DNA of 64,000 bases from Trichosphaerium sp. ATCC 40318 (GCA_038496445.1 JALMLS010000514.1:1-64000); one strand, 5' to 3'. Positions 12,709 to 26,043 are shown, numbered from the stretch's first letter. Notes: a model not told the origin generated them from the letters alone. Translations and numbers: made by a program.

Positions 12709-13330
12709 CTAATCCTCATCGACTGCACCGCTGAAGATTCTAGCATAACAGAATGGAGTAAACTTATGACCATCACCATAGTAAAACTTGGACTGAAATT
12801 CTACCCAGTGGAGCCTCAAAGCATGCAAGAGATAAGGATTCCTACAAAAAAAAAAAAAAAAAGTACTACAACAGTACAATGACAGTATAAATAAGTATTT
12901 TACTGGCGTTTGATAAGTGAGAGGTAGTTGTTTAAGTACGGTAGTATCGTAAAACAACATCAGCGAGTAGCAGTTCTATACAATGGCAGATTACGATTCA
13001 AAAAGTTTTTGTGTTGATTGATTGAATGCTTCAATTGATTTATGTAATTTGTTGTATATGTACAAGAGATAACTCCAATTTAATAAATGGGAAGGGTCTC
13101 TGGCTACGTGATCCAGGGGATCGAAGCTGAGTGAGACGTATTCTCTGCTCCAATCTGGTATTGTAGATCAACAAGAACATGTGAATCTAACTAAAAATAC
13201 GCACCATAACCAAGAGTACAGCAATGGTACATCCTAACCAAGCAGCCCAGCAAAAGAATGTAGTAAAGACACCAACAATGACACCTTTGCCTACACCTTC
13301 TACACCTACTTGAACAAGAAGGCAAAACGA
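12709..13330 (-). pseudogene. 3' fragment of V-type ATPase V0 subunit a, frameshifted
   Basis: Two exons give WAAWLGCTIAVLLVM|ESLS, then [26 protein letters not shown] in a different frame (short deletion in the ESLSAFLH motif). The rest of the gene is absent upstream. Confidence 0.8.
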
Positions 13331-13675
13331 GATAATTCACAAATATCCATAAATTCGAAATATCTAGATAATACACCAATATCCATAAAGGAGAAGCTAT
13401 TGACTCTGCAAAAATCAAGAATCTCCTTGTTTCAGCCGCTCCAAACGTCATCAAATAACACGTGTTTTTTTCAAGGTTCGAATCTAGATATTTTAAAACG
13501 TGTTTTCAAATCCCACTGCCTATTTAAAAATATCTAGATATCTCAGATATCTAAACATCTCTACAGAATCACACAAGGATAGACCTTTCGCATCTTAAGA
13601 AAATTCATAGAAAGCTTACACTTGTATATTTGACTTGTTTGATCAAACGATTAAATTCTTTTCACAACCCGAAGC

Positions 13676-14890
13676 ATGTCTATGTTTCCTTTGGAAGTTC
13701 TAGAACATATCTTCGAGTTCTTGAGCATAGACGACCAAATATCTTCAAGGGCCACAAGCAAAGCCGTAAACGCGTTAATACTGCGTCTGATAACGAAAGG
13801 AGAGGCTAAAAGCAATGAAATATTTAAAAAGCCTGTAAACATACCAATAGATCTTCCAACCCTCGAGGAACCTACCTTTAAGATATGTAAGTTCATATCA
13901 GACGATATTTACGCTTGTGGAGGCTATACAAAAAAATTACTCTTTTTGGCGTTTTTTCGCCTCTCAGACGATAAAAACAAGCTGACGTTTATAAACATGA
14001 TCACAGAAGATAAAACAAGGACAATGGAGCTTCATAGTGATGTTTTCTTCTTGGCTGGAGATTATGTTTTAGTTGGTTACAAATTTCTTCCTGGAAATTA
14101 CTACGAGTCAAAGTACTCCATCTTTAATATCTCAACTGGAGAACGTCATTTTGACGAAGAGTATTCTCCAACCTTTGCATCAGTTTGTTCTGTTGAGAGA
14201 ATCTACAAAGAAATGGTAAGCGATGATGAGTGCGAAGAAGAAGAAGAAAACGTATCAAAAGTAGAAAAATCAAAAGTTGATTTCGTCATTGGACACTGGG
14301 GTATTTATTGGTTTACTTATACATTGGATGATAAGACAGATTATCTAAGAATAAGATATCAATCATCAAGAGACGTTTTTGGGACATTTGAAAGCGTGTC
14401 AGATCTTCTGAGTGTCGATGAAGATATAGTTATTTCAGGTTCTGACAATAGACTTATTGTATGGACTAAGAATGTACCTGGTCGTATCATAGAGCTTAAG
14501 AAAAAATACATACAGAATATGCAAATGATTGATAATGATCACGTGATTGTAAAGCTAATGCGAGGTGTTGTTATTGTAAACTGGAGGACAGGTCAAGTGC
14601 TAAAACAAGCTGGTTGTGATACCAGTACAATATTTTCAAATTACAACAATAGTGCTTTCATCTTAACACATAGATCCCATTTTGCTGTATACGATTTTAT
14701 AGGAACTGGTGATACAAAATTAAGAAGGTTACAGATATTTGATAATGGCGCTCAAACATTATTGGTGTCTAGTAGTTACAAGAGACCAGTAAAAACAGTA
14801 ATTTCTGATACAATCAAGGTATTTTTCTATTTCTGGAAAAACGACTTGGAAAGCTTTATTCGTTGTATAAAACACAACCATGGATCTTAA
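13676..14890 (+). CDS. Intronless F-box protein with beta-propeller (WD40-like) C-terminal region
   Basis: MSMFPLEVLEHIFEFLSIDD..ATSK F-box. Beta-strand repeats such as IVISGSDNRLIVW and VVIVNWRTGQ. Confidence 0.75.
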   Translation: MSMFPLEVLEHIFEFLSIDDQISSRATSKAVNALILRLITKGEAKSNEIFKKPVNIPIDLPTLEEPTFKICKFISDDIYACGGYTKKLLFLAFFRLSDDKNKLTFINMITEDKTRTMELHSDVFFLAGDYVLVGYKFLPGNYYESKYSIFNISTGERHFDEEYSPTFASVCSVERIYKEMVSDDECEEEEENVSKVEKSKVDFVIGHWGIYWFTYTLDDKTDYLRIRYQSSRDVFGTFESVSDLLSVDEDIVISGSDNRLIVWTKNVPGRIIELKKKYIQNMQMIDNDHVIVKLMRGVVIVNWRTGQVLKQAGCDTSTIFSNYNNSAFILTHRSHFAVYDFIGTGDTKLRRLQIFDNGAQTLLVSSSYKRPVKTVISDTIKVFFYFWKNDLESFIRCIKHNHGS

Positions 14891-15419
14891 TCAAGCTCCC
14901 TTATCATCAGATATCATATCGTTTACAATCACATGTCAGTGTATTGGCAAACAGTTTGACTTATTATAATAGATAGCAATGTTAACTTTAGAATTAAAAT
15001 AAAATCGTTGAAAACAGTAAGTTCTTTGCCTCCTTCCTACGACGTCATTCGCAGACTTTAGGTATCAATCTTATCCGCCAATACTATTTGGTGTAGATAA
15101 GAATCTACGTCTGTTTATTGCCTGACATACCTACTGTGAGAGATAAACAAAAGGTCCTTACTTAAAAAAAATGTCACGTGACATTGGTGTACAGTTTTTT
15201 CGTACAAGATATTCGCTGACTTTAGTGAGTGATCACAGTAGCAACCGCACCATCACATGAATAAAATTAAGCATAAGAAACCATTCGCGTTTACACGAGA
15301 GGAGGTACACCAGAAAAAAAACCGTTATTTTCTAGCACGCTAGTAATATCACGTGTGGGTTAATTTCTACCGTAAAATAAAAACCTTTTAACGTGGGCTT
15401 TTGACTTAATCGCTTACAA

Positions 15420-16828
15420 ATGATAGAACAAGAGAAGCGACGAAGACCAAGAAGTAGTAAAGGTAAAACTAACCAGAAGGTTCACCACTGTCTGAAAAAA
15501 CCGAAAGGGAACACCTTCAAGCGATTCCAGTGGCGTGCTGTCAGACAACCATTCAAAATCTCAACGTGCAAATGATAAGAAGTCTAATCAATCTTTGATT
15601 GACGAAGAATCGAACATACTCCCTCCACCTCCTTTCCATGAAGTTGATGCTAAAGGAGGTTTGTGCTCCACAAAAAAAAAGTCCACCTAACTCATCGCTT
15701 TCCGTAGATTTACCATCAAAGCAAACCAATCACACACCCACTCTAGGTACAGAATACGACTTGGTAATAACTATGCTGAAGAATTTTAGCCACAAAGCGT
15801 ACTTGTAGATGCATTGTTTTTGACCTGCTTGAAGACCCTAAAGTTGCTTGTATTGATTGGGTAACAGACCACATGTACAGCCATTTATAAATCACGTGAT
15901 TACATATACTTATCCTATTTTTAGATTCCAAATAAACGATGAAGCAGAGTTTATCAATACAATGAAAAAAAGGTGGAAAGCCAATGCATCTGTAGTTAGT
16001 ATAGCAACAGTGTTAGCCAACTATGGTATCCGGAGGAAGACTCAACAAGATGTATTTGATTCCTACAATACTCCATTCTTGCAAGGAGCTGATCCTCGAG
16101 CTATTGAGGACATGCGTGTAACATACTCGTATGCCAAGAAACAATCATCAAAATCAACGAAAAGAAAACCACGTTCACAAAGAAGGAACCAGAAGAAGAC
16201 CGTTGGGAAAAGGAGAAAAAGAAAGCGATTGGTACAAAAAACAAAAGAAAAAGAAGAATCACGTGATTCACAAGAATCATCATCAGAATCGGACTCAGAC
16301 GATGAAATAGTACCTAAACGAAAAAAATTAAGAAATTACTGTCCTAGAGTTGCACCTGAAGCAAGAAAGAGAATATGTCTTTCTGAAATGCCTCCTATGG
16401 AATATTATAAAGTCATGCTTCGTGTGAAAAAGTCAAAGTACCAGATACAACTCTACAGTAAGCCGGAAAAAAAAATGAAGTAAATTTGTTGTAGCTCTTT
16501 TTTTTCTTTTTTTGTTAAAGAACTACTTTGGTGCTCCCAGAAACTATATTTACATCACACTCTATAAGATACTAATGTTATACGTTTTGTCTCATTCTTT
16601 ATTCTTCACATAGGAGGCATGTCGTTCGTCTTCCTTGAACTCAAAATCACTGGTAAAATTGGTCATTGTGATATTAAAAAGTTGGAGTACTTCAGTAATG
16701 TAGCAGGAGATTGGGTTAACTTGGCGTTTAAGGAGGATATTGATGTATTGTTAGATCAAATTGATGAAGGTTTACCAACATCCATAAAAGTCACAACAGA
16801 TGTTAAAGTAAAATACAACTTTTTGTAA
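15420..16828 (+). CDS. Nuclear protein with divergent HSF-type DNA-binding domain, basic NLS and PB1-like C-terminus
   Basis: Spliced CIVFDLLEDPKVACIDWVTDHIFQINDEAEF..RWKANASVVSIATVLANYGIRR..TPFLQG follows the HSF domain layout. KRRKRKR NLS. LEYFSNVAGDWVNLAFKEDI resembles the PB1 acidic motif. Confidence 0.55.
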
Positions 16829-17057
16829 GCTGTAATAAACTTAAATCAAAATAATAAAACACGTTGAGAACAAACAAGGTTGTACAACTCAGCTAAGTTG
16901 CAAGCCAAATTGTTGTATACGAAGAAATGTAAAAATCCAAGATTTTTCAGAATCCAAGTCTATAGTATCTCGGGTAGTACATCTTTACACAAAAAATTTA
17001 TTACATAAAGTGTAGCTTGATGAAACATAAGACTGTGATCATTTTCTATGTCGATAG

Positions 17058-18321
17058 TTATTTTTGTTCTTTTTCGTTCACATCAAATATGGTGTCAAGG
17101 TTAAAAATAAGTTCAGGAGAAAAGCACTCTTCATCAGCAGCAGTATATATAATATATTGTAATACTTCACGTGGTATATAACTTTCAATACACCTGTTAA
17201 TACAAAGCATAAGGAAGAAAACTTGATCTCTAAAAACTTTTGGAAAATAAGGATGTAATCTTGGATGCCATCTTTGATTTAAAGCCAATGTCATAAGTAG
17301 CCTCAACTTCGAATCCTCCTCTGAATTTGTACCCATATACTCATCAACTAGATCCATACAACTAGATATTTCATCACCACAAGAGAAAGGTATATTGACG
17401 TCAGCAGCAAACATACGAAGAATCAAAACTCTCCTGACATCTTTCGATTTAATCGCCAAATGCAAAGGTGTAGCTAAAGCATTAAGACTATCCAGCCCAG
17501 AATCATATCCAATTTGTCTGGGGTTCGTAATACCAATAGCTGACTCGGGTTTAGGTCTTTTTCTTTGTACAATATACTCTTTCTTCTTATCAACATCAGC
17601 ACCGTAATGAAGTAATAAAAGCATTGATATTTCATTGAATGGTTTATCTTCTATCACGTGATGAAGTGGTGTTGATTTTGTTCTTTCTCTTGTACCATAC
17701 TCGCTATCTAAGCTGTAAGTATTATAAGCGTTAGGGTTAGCATTTGCGTTGAGGAGTATTTGAACGATTCTCGGATTCGAAAGCGCTGTTGTAAGCAATG
17801 TTGTTGATCTTGAGCTGTCTGTCCTCATTGACTCGTGAGCTTTCTTTTGTGAGTTATTAGGATCTCCGCCCTTCTCTAAGCTGAGTTTTAAGAGGTTATA
17901 CGACTCTTTAGAAGGGTTTTTGAACGTTAGAAGCAAGATCTCTTGGAAAGCCGTTGCATGTATAGCTGATATTCTCCAACCACCTTGAGAATAAACACCA
18001 TTGACGTCCGCGCCGTATTCGAGTAGCATTGAAGCTAGTTTTAGGTTTGGCGTTGCTTCTTTGTATGAATATCGTTCAGCTGTGCGTAGAGGTATGTGAA
18101 TGAGCGTGTAACTGCATTTTTGATTAGTTTTGTTACATTTTTAGACAATTAAATTAAAACGACTCGTATAAGCGTATTTACCTGTTAGAACTCCATCCTT
18201 CGTTGTTAGAGATTTTTTCTGATGGGTTTGAGCCGTTTTTAAGTAATTTTTCAACGGATTCAACGTCATCAGCCCGCAAAGCTGTGTGTAGGTCTGAAAC
18301 AGATGATTTATCTTTAGACAT
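17058..18321 (-). CDS. Ankyrin-repeat protein with C-terminal F-box/SOCS-like motif
   Basis: LLEYGADVN, TPLHH, LLLHYGADVD and TPLHLAI repeats. C-terminal WHPRLHPYFP..IPREVLQYII. One 5' intron. Confidence 0.85.
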
Positions 18322-18584
18322 GATGGTTTGAAGAGCTCTTATGTACAACAAACACAAAAAATTAACACTTTTTTCAAAGAATTTCGTCCGTCGAACTATT
18401 CAACAAAATGTCCAATTGGAAGTACACGTGATTCGAAACGAAACGAAATAAAACAATGCAATCCCATTCTGTTACAGTAAAGAAGTTCTTAGATAGTTTG
18501 ATTCTTGATATATATATGCATGTCTTAACCAGTTTGCTAAGGCAGCGATACAGCGCACAAATTTCAAATTGTTGCTCTGTGGCA

Positions 18585-19349
18585 ATGGCTAGTATACAAT
18601 CTGAGAGTAAAAGCTCTCGTTTTGTTGATTCAATACCAACAGAGATCATAGCTACTGTGTTTGAGTACACTCCAAATACCACACGATATCCGATTGCTCA
18701 GACATGCTGGTTGTTCTACAATATTATTCATGAACATGTTGGTTACGGTAGAATCTATATTATCTCCAGAGTCCGTACAGCGTTTAATCAAGCATAAATC
18801 GCTTTTAAACAATACTCTTGTATCTACTAGGCATTTCGCTGGCTCAAACAAGGAAATACGTTCGTTGGCTGGTGTTAAAAAACTACTTAGACGTGAGTGA
18901 CACGTGCCTTGCAGCGCTTGCTGGTGTTAAGGAAATAACTTTCTACGGGTGTGAGAATATCACAGATGAAGGTATTCAATTCCTCTGAGGTGTACATACA
19001 ATAGACATGAACGACATGAGACAGTTAACAGATAAGTCAGTAGAAGCTATTTCAGGAAGTTACAAAGTAGATATTTCATACTGTAATAATATCATCAAAT
19101 TGTTTTGATATCACAGATGAAGGTGTAATTCACCTTGCTGGTGTACATAAGATACGATTGAATAGATGTGTCAAGATAACAGATAAAGGTGTTAAGGCTC
19201 TTGCAGGTGTTCATACAATATCTCTGAAGAATTGTTCTCTTGTAACAGATGAAGGGATATCAGCTCTTAAAGGTGCTTGTGAAATATATATAGATCGTGC
19301 AAAGTGTACAAAAGATGCTGTCATTGAGTTGGGAGCACAATATGATTGA
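18585..19349 (+). pseudogene. F-box/LRR pseudogene, paralogue of 54431..55732
   Basis: SIPTEIIATVFEY F-box and LAGVHTI/ITDKGV LRRs are spread over three frames, with an in-frame TGA near 18986. Confidence 0.8.
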
Positions 19350-19670
19350 TTCAATGTTGTTCAAGCTTGTAAAAACCAATGTAACTCTGTCCATCAGAAT
19401 AGAACACAAAGAAAAATATATACTATTAAACAATGATAGAACTTTATTGTAATAACCCATTGTTAGTACTTTTGGTTGGTCCCAGGCAATCATTGATTAC
19501 GTGTCAGTTGGTTTGGTTGTACTCTAGAAAGAAAAACAAGCATATCCAAGCACAAAGTTGTGAAAAATCAGTAGGGTAGTTAACAAGCAAGGAACTTAAA
19601 ACATAGTTCATTTTCTTACATTTACATACAAAAAAGAGACTAGTGTGGACTCTCGATTTCTTAAAACTAT

Positions 19671-22600
19671 TTACTTTTTACTGGTATTTCGATTCCTTTG
19701 GCGCCTTTGCATTCTATTCAAAGTTAGTGTATGTCTCGTTCAATCACAAAAACAAATTTTCTTGTATCACTATTTGGTTGGGGTGGAACTACGTACCTCT
19801 CAAATCGTTTTCTTTCCTCAAGTGCTTCTTCATCTTCCTCTTCTTCAATTTGTGCTTCTGCTTCAACAGAAGGCGCTGACGCATCCACATTAACACTAGC
19901 ATCACCAGCTACTGTAGATTCGAATAGAGAAGCCTTCTCAAGCAAGCCACCGCTAAAACAAAAACTATTAGATAAAAAACCTTGTTGACAATCTTTTTGC
20001 TTACCTAGTCACTTCAGGTTGCTCTACAACTCGTGTTGGTGCCTTCTCTGCTGATACAACGCTTTCATACTCTTCTGCACGTGCACTAAGTGCACCTTTT
20101 GTAACAATAGGTGCTTCAACAACACGTTTAACTGGCTTGTCGTCTTTAGCGACTACTGTTTCAAACTCGTTTGCAACACCCCTTAAACCTCCTGTTGTAA
20201 CAACAGGTTGTTCAACAGTCCTTACAGGACGTTCTTCAGTAGCAACAGTGGACTCATATTGCTCCGCACGTGCACGCATCGCACCCCTTTGGAGAATTGT
20301 TAGAACATATTCTTATGAAAGTAGTAGAGCATACTTTGTGACTTGTGGTTGCTCTACCATTCGTGCTGGTTGTGCTGAAACTGCAACTGATGTCTCAAAT
20401 TCAACTGCTTTTGCACGAAGAGCACCAGCATTTACCAAAGGTTGGTCAACACTTCGTCGAAAGTTTTTCTTATCATCTGCAGTAACATTACTTTCGTACT
20501 CTACAGCCATGTTCTTTCCAGAACCAGTAGAAAATGTAGGTTTCTCTACAGACCCTATCGACGTACACATAAGTAAGGCATCTATTAAGAAAAAAATACG
20601 AAAAAAATGATAATAAAGAAGACGTACTATCTATAACAGCTGCTCTTGTTAGTCCAGAACCAGATAACCATGCATTTCTTAGGCTTGCTAGTTTCCCTGC
20701 AGGAGGTGTAACATCTCCACTACGTGCAGATGTAGGTCTTTGAGACTCTTTCTCTTCAACTGTTCTTTCAAACTCCTCTGCTTTTGCTATGGCTCCACCA
20801 CGCGTCACAACAGGTTGTTCAACAACACCTAATAAGTTTGTGTTTTAATACACGTGATTTAAATAAAACGCACGTGTTGCTTTTGCATCTTTACTACCTT
20901 CCCAAAAACCTCCTACAGTTGCCACAGGCACAGATGAAGTCATCACATGAGGCTCTTCTGGATCTTTAAACATTTCTGTTTAAAACATGAGTACAAACGC
21001 TGTTTGGCTGATTTGACGTACTCCTTATCCGTGTGGCATCTGCTTGTAACGATTTTTGGAAGCCTGCCATACGTGCTTTAAGGGAAGGATCCCAACCACC
21101 TGCTTTTTGTTTTACCTGAAATTGTGTGAGGAGAAAGGAAAGCATGCAGAGTACTTTTTTTCGCATACAATTGGTTTTTCTTTTTTAACTACTACTGTTT
21201 CAAACTCCTGTGCCTTTGCTTTTAGTGCACCTGGAGAAACTATCGGTTGCTCAGCACGTTTTATAGTCGTAATGCCAACAGGAGCAATAACCTAGAGTAG
21301 CCGTAAACATAACACAATGACGCACAAAACGTACAGTTTCAAATTCTTCTGCTTTAGCTTTAAGCCCTCCTTTTTGAACTTCAGGTTGTTCTACGCTTCG
21401 CGGAGCAGCCTTCTCTGTAGCTACAGTACGTTCAAACTCAGCAGCAGTAGCGAGCATAGCTCCTTTTGTTACAGTAGGTGTTGCTGATTTCTCAAAAGAG
21501 TTATCTTCTTGTAACACACGCTCATACTGCTCTGCAGCAACACGCATGGATCCTTGCTTAACCTAAAGTAAAAAAGTTAGTGGACTTCCTTCACGTGTTC
21601 TTAAAAAAAAACAAAAAAAACAAAACAGCAAGAAACATAGTACCTCCGGTTGTTCTACAGATCTCTTTACTGGTCCTTCTTGACTAACTGTCCTCTCAAA
21701 CTCTTCAGCTACACCCTTAAGGGCACCTGACTGTACAATAGGTTGCTCAACGCTTCTGCCTGTTAAGTTTGGACTTGAAGCTGTCTTCTCATAAAGCTCT
21801 GCTTTAGCACGCATGGCGCCGGCTTGAACTTGAGGCTGCTCAACTGTCCTTGATACTGCTTTATCCTCTGCAACAATTTGTTCGTATTCAGCAGCTTTAT
21901 GCTTCATTGCTCCTTTTTGTACTTCAGGTTGCTCTACCATACGAGAAACTTCTTTGTCTTTTACAACTTCTGTTTCAAAGTGAATTGCAGCACCCTTCAT
22001 AGCTCCACTGTTCACTTCAGGTTGCTCAACTGTACGTTCTACTAATTTACCTTTTGATAGAGTGGTTTCATAGTGATCAGCAGCGTCCTTCATGGCACCC
22101 TTTTGAACTTCAGGTTGCTCAACCATACGTTCAACTTCTTTGCCCTTAGCAATTTCTGTTTCAAAATGGATTGCAGCGTCTTTCATGCCACCTTTTTTGA
22201 CTTCTGGTTGTTCTACCATACGCTCAACTTCTTTGCCTTTTGATAACGTTGTTTCAAAATGTTCTGCAGCGTCCTTCATGGCGCCAGCCTGGACCTCAGG
22301 TTGTTCAACCATACGTTCTACATCTTTGCCTTTCGATAATGTTGTTTCAAAGTGCTCAGCAGCATCCTTCATGGCGCCCTTTTGTACCTCAGGTTGCTCG
22401 ACCATACGCTCAACTTCTTTGCCTTTTGTGACCTCTGTTTCAAAATGAATAGCAGCGTCTTTCATACCACCCTCATTTACTTCTGGTTGTTCAACCATAC
22501 GCTCTACTTCTTTACCCTTTGATAATGTAGTTTCAAAGTGATTAGCAGCATCCTTCATGCCACCTGCTTGGACTTCAGGTTGGTCAACCATACGTTCTAC

Positions 22601-25600
22601 ATCTTTGCCTTTCGATAATGTTGTTTCAAAGTGCTCAGCAGCATTCTTCATGCCACCTTCATTAACCTCAGGTTGTTCGACCATACGCTCAACTTCTTTG
22701 CCTTTTGCAAGCTCTGTTTCAAAATGAACTGCAGCATCAATCATAGCACCTTTTTGTACATCTGGTTGCTCAACCATACGTTCAACAGCCTTGCCCTTAG
22801 ATAAGTTCTCTTCAAAGTCTACGGCAGCATCCTTCATAGCACCAGATTGTACTTCAGGTTGTTCCACTGTGCGAGCAATATCTTTAGGCTCCGAAGCCTT
22901 AAGAAAAAGTCAGAAAGAATCAAGAAAAAAAAAGTGCTTGACATACTTGACGTTCGAACTCTACTGCCTTTTCTTTCATAGCGCCTGAATTAACTTCTGG
23001 TTGTATTGTAGGATCAGCCATTGCTTGAATTTCTGGAAATGCATCTACAAGATCTGCAAGAGACTTTCTTTTCACCATCTTCTTTTTCCCTCCTTTGCTC
23101 TTTCTTGGTGCAACTGTAAGTTCTATCGGACTCATAGCGATCGGTTTGCCTTGTACCATAATTAGTTACTACGACAATGTATCACTTCAAAGAATAGTAT
23201 AAATTCATACCTAATATGTTGACGTGGATAGCAATTCCTTCTTCCTTTGTTGGTTTATACTCAATGTCAAAAGTTCCATCATCATTATCAAAAATCTTTG
23301 TTGTCATTTCGTTGGTACTATCAATCTTTACATCTATATCTGAAGGCTTTATATCTGCAGGGTTTCCATCACCGTCTACTGGTGATAGAGTAAAAATTGC
23401 AGTAACACCTAAACAAATAAATAAACAATGAGAAACCAGAAAGTAGTAAAAAAACAAGACTCATTAATTCGTACCAACTCTAACACGACCATCTCTAATA
23501 CCAAATCCTTTCGCTGCAGTGTTCGCCCAAGACAGTGGAGAATTACTACTTTCTTTTACCATCCCGACTAACAAACAAGTAAACACAGCAATGTAAAACA
23601 AATCACAAAAAACGTACCAATTGACGATGGCGATCCTTTTATGTTTTCACCATCAAGTTGTACTGATACATTGTATGTTCCCGCAGTAGGTAGGATATAC
23701 GAAAATTCAAATAGTCCATCATCTAGCACATCACGTGAGAAATAAATCAACCTCACAAAAAAAACCAAACTCTTACCTTTTGCTGTTGTTATGACGTTGA
23801 CATGCTCTGGACCATCTACAAAAACGCGAACTTTTGCAGAAGCTACTGAAATAGGTTTTGCGAATTGATCGCATACATTTAATGTGAATAGTGATTCTTT
23901 TCCAACAGTTACACTAGCTCCATCCTAAAAACTCAATGAGCTAAATTTCAAAATTTCAAAAAAAAAAACAAAATCAGTACAAGTCCATTAATAACACTAT
24001 CAGATCTAGAGATGTAAGGTTTTTGATTCTCATCCGGTTTCTTCGATTCTACTACCTCCTAGAATCGAAAATAAGGCTTTAACAGAAGGCAACGTTTAAC
24101 CACTGTACGTCTTCAACGATATTAAAAGTCCATGGAGAATCTTTAATATCTTTACTATCTATAGTTACGTTGACTGTGTATTCACCAGCCTCTGTAGGAT
24201 TCCACTCAACATCATACGTGGAATTTTCATTATCAAAAACATCTCCTTGCGTAACTCCAGCTGGACCCTTTACAGTGACCAAAAGTGTGCTTTCACCAAG
24301 TTCAACACCACTACGAAAAAAAAATAAAGTAAGAAAACTTCGTTTAAAAGTCAAATAGTGGTCGTACTTGTCGTTAACGTCTCGTGTGTGTACAGTGAAA
24401 CAAGCTCTCTTTTTTGGTTTTAGTGATTCCTCAACTAAACCACGACCTTTGGCAATAGTGTTTGGTGCAAAAGGGGGAACTACAAGTACAGGTTGAGATT
24501 GAACTTGTTCAAGCGCTGAATAATAATGAGTAAACAATGCGAGCGAAGCGGTAGCAGAGAACGAACCTCTATCCAAGTCCATCTCTATTGCAAAGGGACT
24601 TCCTTTAATGTTTTTGCCACAGATCTTGGTATATATCGTGTAATCAGCGGTCTTTGGTGGTGTCCAGGTAACACTCCATGAGCCTGAATAGAATAAGATA
24701 ACTGAAGATGATCAAGGATTTTTTTACCGTCTTCGTTCTCCTTGAGCTCTGGTTGTGTGGTTACTGGAACAAAGCCAGTTATTTGTACTTTCAACTAGTT
24801 GTGTTAGAATTTACAACAAAGTGTAAAAAGCACCGTACGTCATCTATCTTGATGCGACATAACGCGCCGTCGTTGTCTCGAGGATATACGCTGTATGTAG
24901 CTGGCTCTTTAGCGCGTAGTGTGTCACCTTTGTGCGAATTAACCAAACCGCGCCAAAACAACAAATACACGCACCATCAAGACCACTACCTCCAGCGTTG
25001 CTCATAAAGCCATTTACCGGTTTTGTAGACAAGGTAGCAGGAGATTCTTGCTTTTCTTCAACTTCACTTTCAACCTCTTCTGTTGCTTTTGGCGGTTCTT
25101 CTACATCGCCTTCAATGTAGTGTTGGTCTTTTTACAAACAGCAATAAAAGAATGTTCAACAAAAAAAAAATCGTATTTTCGCCATAACTGTCCAATAAAC
25201 GAACAAATATGATTTTAAACATAAAAATAAAACAATATATGATTACATATTACTATTTACCAGTGTCTTGTGTCTTTGGCGTGCCAACAGTTACTTTAAA
25301 TGGACTACCTTGTATATCTTCGTCCTTGACGCGTACATGTATGACATAGTCGCCCTAGACGCGCTTTTAGCAATTTGTAAATTGGCCCAACTGCGCTACT
25401 TGTTTTTGTCACTATAAAAAACGTACTTCAGTAGGTGGAACCCAATCAATGTCAAAGCTTTGTTCTGCGCCTTCATCACCTTCTGAATTGTCGTATATTT
25501 CAACTTCGCATTCCGCTGGTCCACCAATGGCCACCTAGTGATGTGCGATTAATAGTGATTGGTACTGAGCAATGAATACTGGGCTTTCTGTTTTGGAATA

Positions 25601-25929
25601 AAAGTACAAAAAATGGAAACGTGTTTGGTACATTTCCTGGCTTTGCTGATTACGCGTTTATGACAGCGTAGCGACGTACCCTGACTTCTCTGAGTTCTAC
25701 TGTCATTTGATTGCCTTCTGCATCCTTTGGGTAAAGCGTAAAGCATCCAGGCTCGTTTACTTTGAGGTTTTCGCTTTCTAAACCAGAACCTCTTGCCTCT
25801 GCTAGCGATCAGTCGAATGTATTTAAAAGCAGCCAATTACAGCGAGAAACCACAACTAGGCGCACTTTGGGCCGTTGTATTTTAAAAAAATCACGTTTAG
25901 CTTTAGTATTACTTACCAGAATGTGCCAT
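19671..25929 (-). CDS. Large filamin-repeat (Ig-like) protein with C-terminal 31-aa tandem repeats
   Basis: Four filamin repeats (IQGSPFKVTV, DNENSTYDVEWNPTEAGEYTVNV, NIKGSP, DNDDGTFDIEYKP), then about 20 copies of the MVEQPEVQKGAMKDAAEHFET-type repeat. Many GT-AG introns. Confidence 0.85.
19900..23020 (-). repeat. Coding tandem repeat, ~93 nt / 31 aa unit
   Basis: Near-identical units at ~22050-22870 (e.g. tcaggttgctcaaccatacgttc recurring) with more divergent copies on either side. Confidence 0.9.
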
Positions 25930-26043
25930 GGTGGTAGAAGCAGCTTGGCACGGCGCTCTACTTTTTGATGACAAGTTAAGTCTTCTTGCCACCCTTAATA
26001 ATAGCGCAACTAACGCAACAACACCTTTAAAAACAAGACAGCT

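Noticed and set aside
13475-13485. GGTTCGAATC T-loop/B-box-like motif
   Set aside because: No A-box or cloverleaf upstream, so not a tRNA.
18585-19349. In-frame stops suggesting a reassigned genetic code (also 56499)
   Set aside because: The stops co-occur with frameshifts, and intact genes here end in TAA, TAG and TGA.
21563-22867. Regular ~93-nt repeats resembling a CRISPR array
   Set aside because: Contiguous in-frame coding repeats with synonymous variation, no unique spacers and no cas genes.
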